This document shows, piece by piece, positions 38,743-48,490 of a stretch of 63,916 nucleotides of DNA. The number at the start of each line of letters is the position of its first letter. The first letter of the stretch is position 1. Where the stretch lies: positions 1 to 63,916 of IMG/VR virus record IMGVR_UViG_3300044491_001200; one strand, given 5' to 3'. The notes under the pieces were generated by a model that saw only the letters and a program-made list of their open reading frames with translations, did not search any database and was not told the origin of the DNA. The position numbers and the translations under genes are program-made. Origin of the DNA: a virus. Its lineage: Duplodnaviria; Caudoviricetes.

Positions 38743-41430
38743 ATGAGTTACGTTGATGCGTTTCATGACACAGCAAAGGACAAGATCCTCGTATCTGAAA
38801 GAGTAGATGGTAAGAGACATATTGTTACTCTACAACCTGAATATAATTTTTATTATGCTGACCCACGTGGTAAAGCAAGAAGTGTCTATGGCGATCCTGT
38901 AACTGAAGTACGTTGCAAATCTCTAAAGGACTTTAGAAAGAACGTAGCAATCAATAAGAAAAGCGGAAAGATGTTTGAAACTGACGTCCGTCCTATCAAT
39001 AAAACACTAGAAAAGAATTATCTCAATGCAGAGATACCTAAACTACATACAGCATTCTTTGACATCGAGGTAGACTTTGATCCTGTAAAAGGATTTAGTT
39101 CACCTGAAGATGCCTTTATGCCTATTACTGCAATAGGTGTATACTTAGACTGGATGGATGCTATGGTATGTTTAGCAGTACCACCTAAAACATTAGACTG
39201 GCAACAAGCACAAAGCATTGCAAGTAAGATGCCAGAAGTAATGTTGTTCAAAGACGAAGCAGAAATGCTTAACACATTCCTCACACTAATAGATGATGCA
39301 GACATACTAAGTGGCTGGAACAGTGAAGGTTATGATATACCTTATACTACTAATAGAATTATCAAGATACTAGGTAAAAGCGAAACAAGACGTTTGTGTT
39401 TGTTTGGACAGTTTCCTAAAGAACGTAAGTTTGAAATGTTCGGTAGCGAAAGACAGAGCTATGACCTCATTGGTAGAGTTCACTTAGACTATTTGCAACT
39501 GTATAGAAAATACAACTATGAGGAACGACATAGTTACAGACTAGACTTTATTGGTGAGATGGAACTAGGTGAGAAGAAGGTTGTGTACGAAGGTAGTTTA
39601 GATAGACTATACAATCATGACTTTGAACGTTTCTTAGAATACAACATTCAAGACGTGTTGTTGATTGCTAAGATGGATAAAAAATTACAGTTCATTGACT
39701 TAGCGAATACTATTGCACATGACAATACTGTATTACTTCCAACCACAATGGGTGCTGTAGCAACTACAGAACAAGCAATTATAAACGAAGCACACTTACG
39801 TGGCTTCTGTGTTCCAGACAGAGATAGACGTGAGAAACATAATACACAGGCCGCTGGTGCTTATGTGGCTTTCCCTAAGAAAGGTAAGCATGAATGGATA
39901 GGCAGTATGGACATAAACAGTCTATATCCTAGTGTGTTTAGGGCATTGAATATGGCTCCTGAAACTATTGTTGGACAACTTAGACCAGAGTTCACAGACG
40001 AAGAAATAGAAAACAAACAGAAGTTAGATAAACTATCGTTTGCTGATTCATGGCTTGGTAAGTTTGGTAGCAATGAATATGAAATGGTAATGGCTAAAGA
40101 TGTTGATACCGTTATGAAACTAGATATGGAGGACGGTACTAGTGTAGATGTTACTGGTGCTGATGTATATAATTTAGTATTTCACAGTGGTCAACCTTGG
40201 AATATTAGTGCTAATGGTACTATCTTTAAAACAGACGTACAAGGTATTGTGCCAGGACTATTAGAGAGATGGTATGCAGAAAGACAAGAGTTACAGGCTA
40301 AAAAGAAAAAAGCAACCTCAGATGCTGAGAAGGCTTTCTATGATAAGCGACAGTTAGTTAAAAAGATCAACCTTAACAGTTTGTATGGTGCGATACTTAA
40401 TCCAGGCTGTAGGTTCTTTGACAAACGTATAGGACAGAGTACTACACTAACAGGTCGTGCTATTACAAAACACATGGGGGCAGAAACAAATAGAATGTTT
40501 ACAGGAGAATATGATCATACCGGAGACACTATTGTCTATGGAGATACAGACTCTGTTTACTTTTCCGCTGTTCCGTCATTGCCGAATGATGTTACCCTAG
40601 ATATGCAAAGTGCTATCACATTGTATGATCACATATCAGATACAGTTAGTGATACATTCCCACAGTTTATGAAAGATAGTTTTAATGTTCCACTTAAGAT
40701 TGGTGGTGTTATTAAAGCAGGTAGAGAAGTAGTTGGTAAGAGTGGACTGTTTATTACTAAGAAGAGATATGCTATCAAGTGTTTAGACATAGAAGGATAT
40801 CAACCTGAAGGTGGTAAACTAAAGATTATGGGTATGGACATCAAGCGAAGTGATACTCCTGAATTTGTACAGGACTTCCTTGAAGAGATACTAGACTCTG
40901 CACTAGAAGGCATGCCAGAGAAAGATGTTATACAAATGATAAAAGACTTCAAAGCAGGATTTAAAGAACTAGAACCATGGAAGAAAGGTATGCCTAAAAG
41001 GGTAAACAACTTAACCATGTACACCAAAAAGTATAGAAAGCAAACAAACATGCAGACTAATACAAACATATACAAATTGGAAAAACTAAAAAGCGAAAAA
41101 GAGAACAAAATGATTCCTGGGCATGTTAAGGCAAGTATAGTATGGAATGACCTTAAGTATGTAAACGGTGATCAATACAGTTTAAGCATTATGGATGGTG
41201 CAAAAGTTGTAGTATGCAGACTAAGAAATAATCCTATGGGTTATACAAGTGTTGCATATCCAACAGACGAACTAAAGATTCCACAATGGTTTAAAGAATT
41301 ACCTTTTGATGAAGAAGGTATGGAACAAGCAGTTCTAGATAAGAAGATACAAAACGTGTTAGGCGTACTTGGATGGGACTTGTCTAGAGCAAATGATAGT
41401 GAGGTTATGGATAATTTCTTTGAATTTTAA
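38743..41430 (+). CDS. family B DNA polymerase
   Basis: Exo DIEV, GWNSEGYD, YNIQD; Pol DINSLYPS, KINLNSLYG, YGDTDS, KKRY. Confidence 0.97.
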   Translation: MSYVDAFHDTAKDKILVSERVDGKRHIVTLQPEYNFYYADPRGKARSVYGDPVTEVRCKSLKDFRKNVAINKKSGKMFETDVRPINKTLEKNYLNAEIPKLHTAFFDIEVDFDPVKGFSSPEDAFMPITAIGVYLDWMDAMVCLAVPPKTLDWQQAQSIASKMPEVMLFKDEAEMLNTFLTLIDDADILSGWNSEGYDIPYTTNRIIKILGKSETRRLCLFGQFPKERKFEMFGSERQSYDLIGRVHLDYLQLYRKYNYEERHSYRLDFIGEMELGEKKVVYEGSLDRLYNHDFERFLEYNIQDVLLIAKMDKKLQFIDLANTIAHDNTVLLPTTMGAVATTEQAIINEAHLRGFCVPDRDRREKHNTQAAGAYVAFPKKGKHEWIGSMDINSLYPSVFRALNMAPETIVGQLRPEFTDEEIENKQKLDKLSFADSWLGKFGSNEYEMVMAKDVDTVMKLDMEDGTSVDVTGADVYNLVFHSGQPWNISANGTIFKTDVQGIVPGLLERWYAERQELQAKKKKATSDAEKAFYDKRQLVKKINLNSLYGAILNPGCRFFDKRIGQSTTLTGRAITKHMGAETNRMFTGEYDHTGDTIVYGDTDSVYFSAVPSLPNDVTLDMQSAITLYDHISDTVSDTFPQFMKDSFNVPLKIGGVIKAGREVVGKSGLFITKKRYAIKCLDIEGYQPEGGKLKIMGMDIKRSDTPEFVQDFLEEILDSALEGMPEKDVIQMIKDFKAGFKELEPWKKGMPKRVNNLTMYTKKYRKQTNMQTNTNIYKLEKLKSEKENKMIPGHVKASIVWNDLKYVNGDQYSLSIMDGAKVVVCRLRNNPMGYTSVAYPTDELKIPQWFKELPFDEEGMEQAVLDKKIQNVLGVLGWDLSRANDSEVMDNFFEF

Positions 41431-41512
41431 TCGAAAAAAAACATGAGAATTTACTTGACTTTTCTAAATAAGTGTACTACAATATACAGAATAATATTCT
41501 ACGGAGAAATAA

Positions 41513-42268
41513 ATGGCGAACAATTATATTAAAGATTACTTCAAAGATGTACTAAGACATACCCATAGTCTTGGTGTATTTGAAATGGTAAAGATCAAAG
41601 GCACTACTGAACTTACAGAGTTAGAGACTGTTGACGCAGATAAAACTGTAATTCTTAAAGGTGAGAGTGTAAACCCTGTACCCGACTTTGCAGAAGCAAC
41701 TGTTGGACTAAGCAGAATGAGTGTGTTAGATGGATACTTAAAGTTTCCTGGCTTTGACAGTGAAGATGCAACTGTTGAAATACAAACACAAAATAGAAAC
41801 GAAGAGGATGTACCTGTAGAGGTTGCATTCAAAAGCACAGAAGGTACTGATGCTAATTATAGATTCATGTTAGCGGATGTAATCAACCAGCAACTTAAAG
41901 ACATTAAGTTTAAAGGTGCTGAGTTTGATGTAAACATTGTGCCTTCGCAAAAGAATCTAAAAGACTTAGGATACTTTAACAGCATATTAGGAACATTTGA
42001 GGGTAACTTCAGTCCTAAGACAGAAGGCGGAGCATTGTATTTCCACATTGGAGATGGCGGTAGCGACAGAACTAAAGTACTAATCAACAACAATGTTGAT
42101 GGTGAGATTACTAATGACTGGAGTTGGCCTTTAGACATTGTGTTAAAGATTCTTAGACTAGGAGATAACAGTAACTTAGTGATGAGTATCAACAACCAAG
42201 GACTGCTACAAATTAAAGTAGACAGTGGCTTAGGTATTTACACATACTTACTTCCAGCAAGGAGATAG
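41513..42268 (+). CDS. probable DNA sliding clamp
   Basis: 251 aa acidic protein directly after polB, clamp loader in the genome, C-terminal YTYLLPA as in clamp families. Confidence 0.6.
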   Translation: MANNYIKDYFKDVLRHTHSLGVFEMVKIKGTTELTELETVDADKTVILKGESVNPVPDFAEATVGLSRMSVLDGYLKFPGFDSEDATVEIQTQNRNEEDVPVEVAFKSTEGTDANYRFMLADVINQQLKDIKFKGAEFDVNIVPSQKNLKDLGYFNSILGTFEGNFSPKTEGGALYFHIGDGGSDRTKVLINNNVDGEITNDWSWPLDIVLKILRLGDNSNLVMSINNQGLLQIKVDSGLGIYTYLLPARR

Positions 42269-42269
42269 C

Positions 42270-42428
42270 ATGAACGAATTAGCAGAAATTTTATGTAGAA
42301 TGTCGCAAGAGCAATTACACGAGTTCGCCAGAGCATGTATGGACAAAGGCATTGCTATACCATTAGAGTTTGCACTACACACAGAACAGTTAGATGCTGA
42401 CTTTGATTTTATTAAAGAGAGTGCATAA
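42270..42428 (+). CDS. small hypothetical protein (52 aa, not in ORF track)
   Basis: AGGAG RBS; MNELAEILCR...; coupled to next gene by TAATG. Confidence 0.65.
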   Translation: MNELAEILCRMSQEQLHEFARACMDKGIAIPLEFALHTEQLDADFDFIKESA

Positions 42429-43990
42429 TGGATTTAGGTAAAAGACAGTTAGACTATGCTGTATATTTGCCAGCCATTAGTAGTTTCTATGTAAAGCAAT
42501 TAGATAAGATTCTAAACAAAGACCCTGCTAATAGTAGAACGCCTGCAGGATTTGAATATGGCAACGAAGGCTTAGACTTTTTAAAAGCAAAAGACACATA
42601 CTTCCATTATCCATATGGACTATACTCAGCCGGTCATGCTCACTTAGACATTGCTAAAAGTCACAAAGATGAGCCAATGATACAGGACAGAGATAGAAAC
42701 GAATGTAAAGTAATACTAGGAGACTCAGGTGGTTTCCAGATTGCTACAGGCGTAATGAAAATGGATTGGGACAACGCAAAAGATCCTAACGATCCTGCTC
42801 GTACAAAGATGTGTGAGAAAATATTACGTTGGTTAGAACACACAGCAGACTGGAGTATGACATTAGACATTCCGGCCTTTGCCGCAGTTGAGCCACTAAG
42901 CAGTAAAACAGGACTAACAGAATTTAAAGACACATTAGATATTAGTTTGCTTAACTTACATTACTTCACAAGCAATCGTGTACCTGGAGCAACTAAGTTC
43001 TTAAATGTATTAAGTGGTACTGACGAAGCAACAAGTAAAGAATGGTACGAAGCAGTTAAAAATTTTAGTGATAAAAACTTTGTTGCACAGGCTTATGGTG
43101 ATGAGAATAGAACACTAGAAGGATATGCATTCGCTGGTATCAACATGAAAGACATGAGTTGTGTACTAAACAGGATGCTAGACTTACGTGAAGATGGTTT
43201 ACTTGAAGGCAAGGATTGGATACACTTCCTTGGTACAGGTAAACTACAATGGGCATGTTTCTTAACAGCAATACAAAGACAGTTAAGAATACATGATAAC
43301 CCTAACATCACATTAAGTTTTGATGCCGCTAGTCCATTTGTGAATACAGCATACGGACAAACTTATGCACACAATTTCTTTGAGCCAGGCAAGTTTGGTT
43401 ACTTCATGGACAGAGCATTTGATCAACAAGAACTTGTTGGTAGTGATTTGCCTGCTCCGTTTGGACACAGTCCTGTAATGAGTAGACTTACAATGGGTGA
43501 CCTATGTACTATGGGTCCAGGTGCACAAGACAAGAATGGTAACTTCAAGTTTAGTGAAGGACAACCACTTACAGACAAGCATGGTGAGCCTAAACTAGAT
43601 GAACAAGGCAATCAACTATATGCAGAACGTGATAGCACTACATGGGACACACAAACATATCTTTACTATATGGGTCATAGTGTATTCAATCACATTGATG
43701 CAGTACAAGAAGCAAATAGACTTGCTGATGTAGAAGCATTTAGAGAAACATTAGATTATAAGAACTGGAGAAAGCCTACTAAGAAAAGCAGTAAGGCACA
43801 AGAAGTATCTCCATATGTTCCTGCTAATATTTTATACTTCCAAAAGTTTGCAGAGGATTTATTTGATCCTAGCAATCCAAATCCAAGAGGTATGATAGCA
43901 GACCATAGAGAGTTCTTAACACATATAGGTTTCGCTGGAGAAGATGATGGCGATAACGAAGAAGTAATGGATACATTTTTTGAGTTTTAA
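42428..43990 (+). CDS. TGT-fold guanine transglycosylase (DpdA-like)
   Basis: LGDSGGFQ, MTLDIP, IHFLG, SFDAASP; clustered with folE/queD/queE. Confidence 0.8.
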   Translation: MDLGKRQLDYAVYLPAISSFYVKQLDKILNKDPANSRTPAGFEYGNEGLDFLKAKDTYFHYPYGLYSAGHAHLDIAKSHKDEPMIQDRDRNECKVILGDSGGFQIATGVMKMDWDNAKDPNDPARTKMCEKILRWLEHTADWSMTLDIPAFAAVEPLSSKTGLTEFKDTLDISLLNLHYFTSNRVPGATKFLNVLSGTDEATSKEWYEAVKNFSDKNFVAQAYGDENRTLEGYAFAGINMKDMSCVLNRMLDLREDGLLEGKDWIHFLGTGKLQWACFLTAIQRQLRIHDNPNITLSFDAASPFVNTAYGQTYAHNFFEPGKFGYFMDRAFDQQELVGSDLPAPFGHSPVMSRLTMGDLCTMGPGAQDKNGNFKFSEGQPLTDKHGEPKLDEQGNQLYAERDSTTWDTQTYLYYMGHSVFNHIDAVQEANRLADVEAFRETLDYKNWRKPTKKSSKAQEVSPYVPANILYFQKFAEDLFDPSNPNPRGMIADHREFLTHIGFAGEDDGDNEEVMDTFFEF

Positions 43991-43992
43991 TT

Positions 43993-44181
43993 ATGAGTAT
44001 ATTAGATAATATAAAATATTATGCAAACAAAAGTTGGTTGCTAACACTAGACTTTATAGATTGGCACAAAGACTTTACAAATGATATTGCACACAAATAC
44101 AATTTATGTCCTTGGGCAATAGGCCTTATAGGTTTTGCTAAAGGTGTGTTAGTAGTATTATTATTGCAGTGGTTATTTTAA
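43993..44181 (+). CDS. small membrane protein
   Basis: Hydrophobic C terminus. Confidence 0.6.
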   Translation: MSILDNIKYYANKSWLLTLDFIDWHKDFTNDIAHKYNLCPWAIGLIGFAKGVLVVLLLQWLF

Positions 44182-44182
44182 A

Positions 44183-44692
44183 ATGGAAAGAGAAGGTTAC
44201 ACAGACGACACTAAGTTCTTCATAGGCACAGAAGTAGAGCATACTCCTGCTTATGGACAACGCACATTGTTTGTTATTGGCTTACAGAATCCTAAAGAGA
44301 TATTAGCAAGGGCATTGAATAACAACTGTCCTCACATCTACTTAGGTGCTAACATGAGTTTTGCACCCGAGACTGCACAGGATTGGAAAGACTGGGAATA
44401 CTTAGCCACAACTCTACTAAAGGATGATATATGGGTAACATTAGATTATCCTGTAGAATTACATGCAGATGTGTTAGAGTGTGGTATGACAGAGTATAAC
44501 ACTTTTATTCCAATGATTAGTGTTAGATTGCCTTACATTGGTCAGTTAGGATACAACGCATGTATCAAGTTAGATGACAAAGACTTTAAGGCAACTAACC
44601 CAGGTGTGTGGACACACTCAGTACATGACTTAATGGATAGAAAAGTATTTACTGATTGGTCCAAGTACACCAAAGATGAGATCATAGATTGA
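44183..44692 (+). CDS. hypothetical protein in deazaguanine cluster
   Basis: 169 aa; FIGTEVEHT, HIYLGAN, KLDDKDF..TNPGVW. Confidence 0.75.
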   Translation: MEREGYTDDTKFFIGTEVEHTPAYGQRTLFVIGLQNPKEILARALNNNCPHIYLGANMSFAPETAQDWKDWEYLATTLLKDDIWVTLDYPVELHADVLECGMTEYNTFIPMISVRLPYIGQLGYNACIKLDDKDFKATNPGVWTHSVHDLMDRKVFTDWSKYTKDEIID

Positions 44693-44943
44693 ACGAAGTA
44701 GGCATATCCGATGTAATAGGACTTATAGGTGTAGCATTATTGATTACTACCTATGCATTATTACAGTTTGATAGGATAGATCCTAAAGGTTTTTGGTATA
44801 GTTTTAACAATATGATTGTTGCTATACTGGTTACTGTAAGTTTAGTTTATAGTTTTAATTTAGCAAGTATGGTAATAGAAATATTTTGGTTCAGTTTAAG
44901 TTTATATGGGGTATGGAAATACTATACCAGAAAAAAAGGTTGA
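44689..44943 (+). CDS. small three-TM membrane protein (CBU_0592-like)
   Basis: IGLIGV..LITTY.LLQ...YSFNN...EIFW pattern. Confidence 0.65.
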   Translation: MNEVGISDVIGLIGVALLITTYALLQFDRIDPKGFWYSFNNMIVAILVTVSLVYSFNLASMVIEIFWFSLSLYGVWKYYTRKKG

Positions 44944-44981
44944 CAAATGGTGCTATTTTATATAAAATAGTATATTAGATT

Positions 44982-45113
44982 ATGAAAATTAAATTAGAAA
45001 TAGATATCGATACAAAAGAAGATATGGACGAGATCAACTCTTTAGTAGAGCTCGTAACCGAATTTAGAGACAGATTGATTGCTCTACAAGACGGAGATTG
45101 GGATGATGATTGA
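44982..45113 (+). CDS. small acidic protein (43 aa, not in ORF track)
   Basis: MKIKLEIDIDT...; TTGACA(44940)-17-TAAAAT upstream. Confidence 0.55.
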   Translation: MKIKLEIDIDTKEDMDEINSLVELVTEFRDRLIALQDGDWDDD

Positions 45114-45267
45114 GGACATACTTAATTTTATTGTAGGTATTGTTTTTCTTATTGGTGCAGGCTATTTTGCTTACATGAGTAACGTGTTAGTTAGCGAAAA
45201 GAAAGCAAGATACAAAGCAGGAACACATGACTATTATGATAATCCTATTGAGAAGGACCATGAATGA
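45103..45267 (+). CDS. small membrane protein
   Basis: Single TM segment. Confidence 0.55.
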   Translation: MMIEDILNFIVGIVFLIGAGYFAYMSNVLVSEKKARYKAGTHDYYDNPIEKDHE

Positions 45268-45428
45268 TAAACTTGTAGTCAATAGACTTAAAACAAAAAA
45301 TTTAACGTTATGGGATCCGAGCAAGGAAGCATAATGAAAGAACATAGTCCAAATGGACATGTAGTTTTGAAGGAAGTACCTTTAGAATTTAACAAAGAAG
45401 GTAAGACTTCAAAAAAAGGAAAGAAAGA

Positions 45429-45626
45429 ATGGTAACAGGAAAAGTAAAATGGTTTAATGCAGAAAAAGGATTTGGATTTATTACCCCAGATGACGGTAGT
45501 AAAGACGTATTTGCACATCATACAGCAATAGTAGGTGATGGGTATAAAACTTTAAATGAAAACCAAGAAGTGACATTTGATGTCACCGAAGGTGCAAAAG
45601 GACCACAAGCAAGTAATATTGTTTAA
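45429..45626 (+). CDS. cspA: cold-shock protein
   Basis: [27 protein letters not shown]. Confidence 0.95.
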   Translation: MVTGKVKWFNAEKGFGFITPDDGSKDVFAHHTAIVGDGYKTLNENQEVTFDVTEGAKGPQASNIV

Positions 45627-45635
45627 GGAGATTGT

Positions 45636-46070
45636 ATGAGAAGTATTTGGGTAACATTTAGTAAAGAAGGTATACATAAGTATCCTGCGGCATTAGAAGA
45701 TCCTAATCTAGCAACTGGCGACGAGTATGACGTTAGTTTCCTAGGTTATCCTCATAGACACACATTCCACTTTAAAGTGTGGATTGAAGTGTTCCATGAT
45801 GACCGAGACATCGAATTCATACAGTTTAAAAGATGGTTGGAGAATCAGTATCGAGATGCTATTCTTCAACTTGATTTTAAGTCATGCGAAATGATAGCAG
45901 ATGACTTATACGAAGCGATCAACGATGAATATCCTGGTCGTTACATAAAGATTTCAGTAGCCGAAGATAATGAAAACGGTTGCGAAATGGAGTATCCAGT
46001 AGAAGACTTGGATGGTCCTGATTTTTCGGACACAGATGCAATAGCAGATGTATTCGACAGTTTAAAATAG
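45636..46070 (+). CDS. queD: QueD-like 6-carboxytetrahydropterin synthase (T-fold)
   Basis: EGIH, HRH metal ligands, SCEMIA, VAED; context. Confidence 0.7.
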   Translation: MRSIWVTFSKEGIHKYPAALEDPNLATGDEYDVSFLGYPHRHTFHFKVWIEVFHDDRDIEFIQFKRWLENQYRDAILQLDFKSCEMIADDLYEAINDEYPGRYIKISVAEDNENGCEMEYPVEDLDGPDFSDTDAIADVFDSLK

Positions 46071-46079
46071 GAGAATATT

Positions 46080-46259
46080 ATGACTGAGACACATTTAAAA
46101 ATGAAAGCACTCTTCGAAGAGTATCAAGCAGAACAAGATAAGTTTGAAAACGGTGGTGTTAAAGCCGCGGCAACTAGAGCAAGAAAGGCTCTAATGGAAA
46201 TCTCTAAACTTTGCAAAACAAGAAGAAATGAGATTCAAGAAACTAAAAACGGAATGTAA
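46080..46259 (+). CDS. histone H1-like Hc1 family protein (59 aa, not in ORF track)
   Basis: AGGAG RBS; KFENGGVKAAATRARKALMEISKLCKTRR. Confidence 0.75.
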   Translation: MTETHLKMKALFEEYQAEQDKFENGGVKAAATRARKALMEISKLCKTRRNEIQETKNGM

Positions 46260-46270
46260 GGAATATTAGC

Positions 46271-47485
46271 ATGAGAAAACTATTTTATATGGGTCTAGAA
46301 AGTTACGAAGCACGTTATACGTTGCAACTGCAAGACTGGAATGAACGAGTATTCAACTTCAGAGGAGTTGACTATGAGGTTATTACTGGTGATGAGTTAG
46401 ACAATAGCAAGGCTATTGTAACTGGTAGTGTGTTAGATGCACACGGTAGAACATATTATAGTTTATCTCAGACTATGTCCCTTATCCAAATGATGAAGAA
46501 CGGTGAACTAACAAGTGATGACGTTATCTTTTATGAAGATATGTTTACGCCAGGACTTGAATGTTTGCCTTACATCATGGACCAAAGTCCACCAGAGTTT
46601 AGACCTAAAGTTTATCTACGTTTCTTAGCACAAACAACTGACCCAGATGACTTCTTGATTAGAGAAGGTATGTTTGGTTGGATGCGTAAGTATGAGGAAA
46701 TGGTAGATGAATTTGTGGATGGTATCTGCGTGGCAAGTGAAGAGTTTGTAGCACATCTGCGTATTGCAGGACTTAAAGCACCTATCTATGTAACAGGTTT
46801 ACCATATGGTAAAGAAGAAGTTAGAGGTAGGATTGATACAAACATTCCACTAGACGAAAGGACTAAACGTGTAGGCTTTGCGGCACGTTGGGACGATGAG
46901 AAGCAACCACATTTTTATATGGACTTAGCAGAAGCCTACTACAAAATAGATCCTGAAGTCGAGTTTGCAATCTTTTGTGGACATCCAGAACTTAAAAGTT
47001 CAGATCCAGAATATGTAAAACGTGCAATTGATTTGCAAGAAGCATATGAATTAGGCAAAGTAAGAACTGCAAACTTTAAAATCTACACAGGCTTAAAGAA
47101 AAACGATTACTATAATTTGTTAGCAGACAGTAGAGTATTATTCAATTGTGCATTACAAGATTGGGTAAGCAATACTGTCAGCGAAGCCGATACATTTGGT
47201 ACACTCACACTATATCCAGCATATAGAAGTTTTCCAGAAGTATTTGCTAACAATGGTAATCACATGTATGTTCCATGGAGCATGGACGACGCAGTAGAAA
47301 AACTGTCCAGGATGTTTACTGATATCGAAAACAAAGATCTAAATAGATACAACATTGGAAAGATCAGTGACTACCAAGATGGAACCATAAACAGAACCCT
47401 CGATGTATTAGAGGGCAACGGAGAACAATATGCAAGGAATGGTTGGGATTTCCGTAAGCATGTTGCACAAAAGAAATATGAATGA
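46271..47485 (+). CDS. GT-B fold glycosyltransferase
   Basis: FAARWDDEKQP, YYNLLADSRV, SNTVSEA, YPAYRSFPE. Confidence 0.8.
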   Translation: MRKLFYMGLESYEARYTLQLQDWNERVFNFRGVDYEVITGDELDNSKAIVTGSVLDAHGRTYYSLSQTMSLIQMMKNGELTSDDVIFYEDMFTPGLECLPYIMDQSPPEFRPKVYLRFLAQTTDPDDFLIREGMFGWMRKYEEMVDEFVDGICVASEEFVAHLRIAGLKAPIYVTGLPYGKEEVRGRIDTNIPLDERTKRVGFAARWDDEKQPHFYMDLAEAYYKIDPEVEFAIFCGHPELKSSDPEYVKRAIDLQEAYELGKVRTANFKIYTGLKKNDYYNLLADSRVLFNCALQDWVSNTVSEADTFGTLTLYPAYRSFPEVFANNGNHMYVPWSMDDAVEKLSRMFTDIENKDLNRYNIGKISDYQDGTINRTLDVLEGNGEQYARNGWDFRKHVAQKKYE

Positions 47486-48455
47486 AGAAGCAAAAACAGT
47501 CTTAGTTACAGGCGGTAGTGGATACATTGGCGGAGTAGTTTGCAGACTACTTGTTGATGCAGGACACAATGTTGTAAACTTAGACAGAGCAAAGAAACAA
47601 ATACCAGGTGTAAATCAGTATCCTTTTGATATTGACAACCACCAAGTAAAAGGTATTATCAAATTGATCAAGCCAGATACTATTATACATTTAGCGGCTG
47701 ACCATGAAGTAGGTAGAAGTGTAACAGAGCCTAACGTGTTTTATAAAAACAATGTTGCTAACACAATTGACTTACTAGATCATGCTGTAGAAAGTGGAGT
47801 TAAGAACTTTATATTCAGCAGTTCAAGTTCAGTATATGGTGATATCAATACATTCCCAACAACAGAAGACACACCAAAAGCACCAGTAAGCCCATATGGT
47901 TTAAGTAAAAGTATTATAGAAGATATACTTCCTGACTATGAAAAGGCTTACGGACTTAAATTTATAGCATTAAGATATTTCAATGCCGCAGGTGCAATGC
48001 CTGATTTAAGTCATGGTTACACACAAGACCCAGCAAGTCACATTGTTCCTATTATTGCTAGAAAAGTAATAGCAGGAGAAGATGTTGAAGTGTTTGGCAC
48101 AGACTACAATACCACAGACGGTACATGTGAAAGAGATTATACACATGTATTTGATATTGGTACAGCACATTTATCAAGTATGAACTATCTAAACGATGGT
48201 GGAGACAGTGGCATATTTAATATTGGTGCAGGTAATAGTCAAAGTGTTAAGCAAGTGATTGCAGAGTTTGAAACAGTTACAGGTGAAACTATAAACACTA
48301 TTGAAACAGATAGAAGAGCAGGAGATCCGCCTAAGACATTTGCTGATAACACATTAGCAAAAGAAACGTTTGGTTGGACTCCTCTATATGGTTTAAATGA
48401 AATAGTTGACCATTCTTACCAATGGGAACTAAAGAAAAATAAAAGCAGAAAATAG
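47478..48455 (+). CDS. galE: UDP-glucose 4-epimerase
   Basis: TGGSGYIG, HLAA, FSSS, YGLSK, LRYFNAAG, DGTCERDY. Confidence 0.93.
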   Translation: MNEEAKTVLVTGGSGYIGGVVCRLLVDAGHNVVNLDRAKKQIPGVNQYPFDIDNHQVKGIIKLIKPDTIIHLAADHEVGRSVTEPNVFYKNNVANTIDLLDHAVESGVKNFIFSSSSSVYGDINTFPTTEDTPKAPVSPYGLSKSIIEDILPDYEKAYGLKFIALRYFNAAGAMPDLSHGYTQDPASHIVPIIARKVIAGEDVEVFGTDYNTTDGTCERDYTHVFDIGTAHLSSMNYLNDGGDSGIFNIGAGNSQSVKQVIAEFETVTGETINTIETDRRAGDPPKTFADNTLAKETFGWTPLYGLNEIVDHSYQWELKKNKSRK

Positions 48456-48490
48456 TTGACTTTTGCCAATAAAAATGGTATAATAGTATT

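Noticed and set aside
38743-41430. Intein or intron in the DNA polymerase
   Set aside because: Continuous 895-aa ORF with all motifs; no splice-junction or homing endonuclease signatures seen.
46030-46070. QueD C terminus (IADVFDSLK) as a third clamp-binding tail
   Set aside because: Only loose acidic/hydrophobic resemblance; it lacks the terminal FFEF.
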